Positions 61,945-64,000 of a stretch of 64,000 nucleotides of DNA are shown here, in pieces. The stretch's first letter is position 1, and every line of letters begins with the position of its first letter. A program made the position numbers and the translations under genes. The DNA is from Macrostomum lignano (Eukaryota), in the NCBI GenBank assembly GCA_002269645.1, contig NIVC01000633.1:1-64000 (forward strand), written 5' to 3'. The notes under the pieces are model-generated. The model was not told where the DNA came from and made no database searches. It saw only the letters and a program-made list of their open reading frames with translations.

Positions 61945-62840
61945 GGTGCCTGTCATTCCTCACTGTAGTGTCTGCCACTCCTCACTCTGTAGTGTCTGTC
62001 ATTCCTCACTGTAGTGCCTGTCACTCCTCACTCTGTAGTGTCTGTCACTCACTCTGTAGTGTCTGCCACTCCTCACTCTGTAGTGTCTGTCATTCCTCAC
62101 TGTAGTGCCTGTCACTCCTCACTCTGTAGTGTCTGTCACTCACTCTGTAGTGTCGTCTGTCACTCCTCACTGTAGTGCCTGTCACTCCTCACTCTGTAGT
62201 GTCTGTCATTCCTCACTCTGTAGTGTCTGTCACTCCTCACTCTGTAGTGTCTGTCACTCCTCACTCTGTAGTGCCTGTCACTCCTCACTCTGTAGTGTCT
62301 GTCATTCCTCACTCTGTAGTGTCTGTCACTCCTCACTCTGTAGTGTCTGTCACTCCTCACTCTGTAGTGTCTGTCACTCCCCACACCACCGAGTCTGTCA
62401 TTCCTCACTCTGTAGTGTCTGTCACTCCTCACTCTGTAGTGTCTGTCACTCCTCACTCTGTAGTGTCTGTCACTCCTCACTCTGTAGTGTCTGTCACTCC
62501 CCACACCACCGAGTCTGTCACTCCCCACACCACCGAGTCTCACTCCCCACACCACCGAGTCTCACTCTCCACACCACCGAGTCTGTCACTCATCACCACA
62601 ATGTCTGTCACTCATCACCACAGTGTCTGTCACTCCTCACTCTGTAGTGTCTGTCACTCCCCACACCACCGAGTCTGTCACTCCCCACACCACCGAGTCT
62701 CACTCCCCACACCACCGAGTCTGTCACTCCCCACACCACCGAGTCTCACTCCCCACACCACCGAGTCTGTCACTCATCACCACAGTGTGTGTCACTCCCC
62801 ACACCACCCAGTCCGTCACTCATCACCAGTGTCTGTAACT
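61945..62840 (+). repeat. Intronic ~24-bp minisatellite (cactcctcactctgtagtgtctgt, shifting to cactccccacaccaccgagtctgt)
   Basis: Fills nearly all of intron 61928-62857. Two related unit types are interleaved. Confidence 0.95.
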
Positions 62841-62857
62841 CCCCCTGCCGCCCGCAG

Positions 62858-63160
62858 CCGTTGGACTTCGATCCGCAGACCGGAGAATTCGTCGGGGCCC
62901 GCGCGGCCCGCCAGCAGTACGAGCGCAGCCTTAGCAACAGCTCGGCGCCGAAGCCCAAAGCCCCCGTGGCCCTGGAGATGGGCGAGGGCGGCGTCTACGA
63001 GAACCAGCCGCAGAAGCTGCTGCCTGACGTGGTGCAGTACCAGGCTGGCGGCGGCGGCGAGCTTGGCGACATCCGCGGCACCGCCAGCGCCGCCAAGCGG
63101 CAGCTGCTGCTCCGACAGCGCGAGGCGGAGGAGGCCGCCAGAGCCGGCCGGCCTGGAATG
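62858..63160 (+). CDS. Exon with a YEN repeat (PLDFDPQTGEF...GEGGVYENQPQKLLPDVVQY...RPGM)
   Basis: gcccgcag acceptor, atg|gtgaat donor, 101 codons, phase 0-0. Confidence 0.88.
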
Positions 63161-63274
63161 GTGAATTTTGCTGCTGCTGCTGCTGCTGCTGCCGCTGTGT
63201 GTGTGCTGCTGCTGGCTGTTGCACTGCAGCTGCGGCACATTGCCTGACGCCTCCTCTCTGCGTGCGCACCGCAG

Positions 63275-63288
63275 CTGGCTGGCGGCAG
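63275..63288 (+). CDS. Candidate 14-nt microexon (LAGG + phase 2)
   Basis: Branch-like cctgac, a pyrimidine tract, caccgcag acceptor and cag|gtattg donor. Confidence 0.4.
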
Positions 63289-63296
63289 GTATTGGC

Positions 63297-64000
63297 GCAG
63301 TTCTGTCTGTGTCTGTGTCTGTGTGTGTCTGTCTGTGTCTGTGTGTTGTGTCTGTGTGTGTCTGTCTGTGTGCTGTGTGTGTCTGTCTGTGTGCTGTGTC
63401 TGTGTCTGTGTGCTGTGTCTGTGTGCTGTGTCTGTGTCTGTGTGCTGTGTCTGTGTGCTGTGTCTGTGTGCTGTGTCTGTGTGCTGTGTCTGTGTGCTGT
63501 GTCTGTGTGCTGTCTGTGTGCTGTGTCTGTGTCTGTGTGCTGTGTCTGTGTCTGTGTGCTGTGTCTGTGTGCTGTGTCTGTGTGCTGTGTCTGTGTGCTG
63601 TGTCTGTGTCTGTGTGCTGTGTCTGTGTGCTGTCTGTGTGCTGTGTCTGTGTGTGTCTGTGTGCTGTGTCTGTGCGTTGTTTCTGTCTGCTGTGTCTGTG
63701 TGCTGTGTCTGTGTGCTGTGTGTCTGTGTGTTGTCTGTCTGTCTGTTGTTTTTGTCTGCTGTGTGTCTGTTTGCTCTGTCTGTCTGTCTACTGTGTCTGT
63801 CTGTGTGTTGTGTCTGCTGTGTCTGTCTGTGTGTTGTGTCTGCTGTGTCTATCTGTGTGTTGTGTCTGCTGTGTCTGTCTGTTTGTTGTGTATGTCTGCT
63901 GTGTGCTAACATAACATAACTAATGTGTCAGTTTGTTGTCTGTGATCTAATTGTTCAGTTAGGGGAATGTCTGCTGTGTCTGTCTGTTTGTTCTGCCTAC
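63297..64000 (+). repeat. Low-complexity (tgtgtc/tgtgc)n intronic repeat
   Basis: Directly visible TG-rich simple repeat running to the window end. Confidence 0.93.

Noticed and set aside
62105-63919. Cys/Val-rich metallothionein- or keratin-associated-like ORFs and His/Thr-rich antisense ORFs
   Set aside because: They are products of TG-rich and 24-bp simple repeats, open in all frames.

Overview
Eukaryotic genomic DNA. The GC-rich, CAG/Gln-rich exons and the private minisatellites filling introns resemble the flatworm Macrostomum; the organism is inferred, not verified. (1) At 1-8880 on the minus strand is an intronless gene for a very large, probably secreted Cys-rich protein. It has a signal peptide, a propeptide with dibasic sites, a furin-like Cys domain and then at least 23.7 near-identical 345-bp (115-aa) GCC2/GCC3/ephrin-receptor-like repeats that run off the left edge. 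The 1-bp frameshifts left of ~6050 look like consensus errors. (2) An AT-rich stretch (~9000-14600) holds a degenerate foldback element and a hAT-like end. (3) A multi-exon plus-strand gene runs from at least 14620 to beyond 63288 and encodes a LIMA1/EPLIN-XIRP2-type LIM-domain protein. It has several candidate first exons, a ~3-kb disordered exon and five C-terminal G(V/I)YEN.P..LPDVVR repeats. Its LIM domain is split by a 24,165-bp intron made almost entirely of ~1047 copies of one 23-bp unit, and most of its other longer introns carry their own unrelated tandem array. No prokaryotic features, CRISPR arrays, rRNA/tRNA genes or transposase/RT ORFs could be supported. All gene models were built by hand from GT-AG sites and reading-frame continuity.
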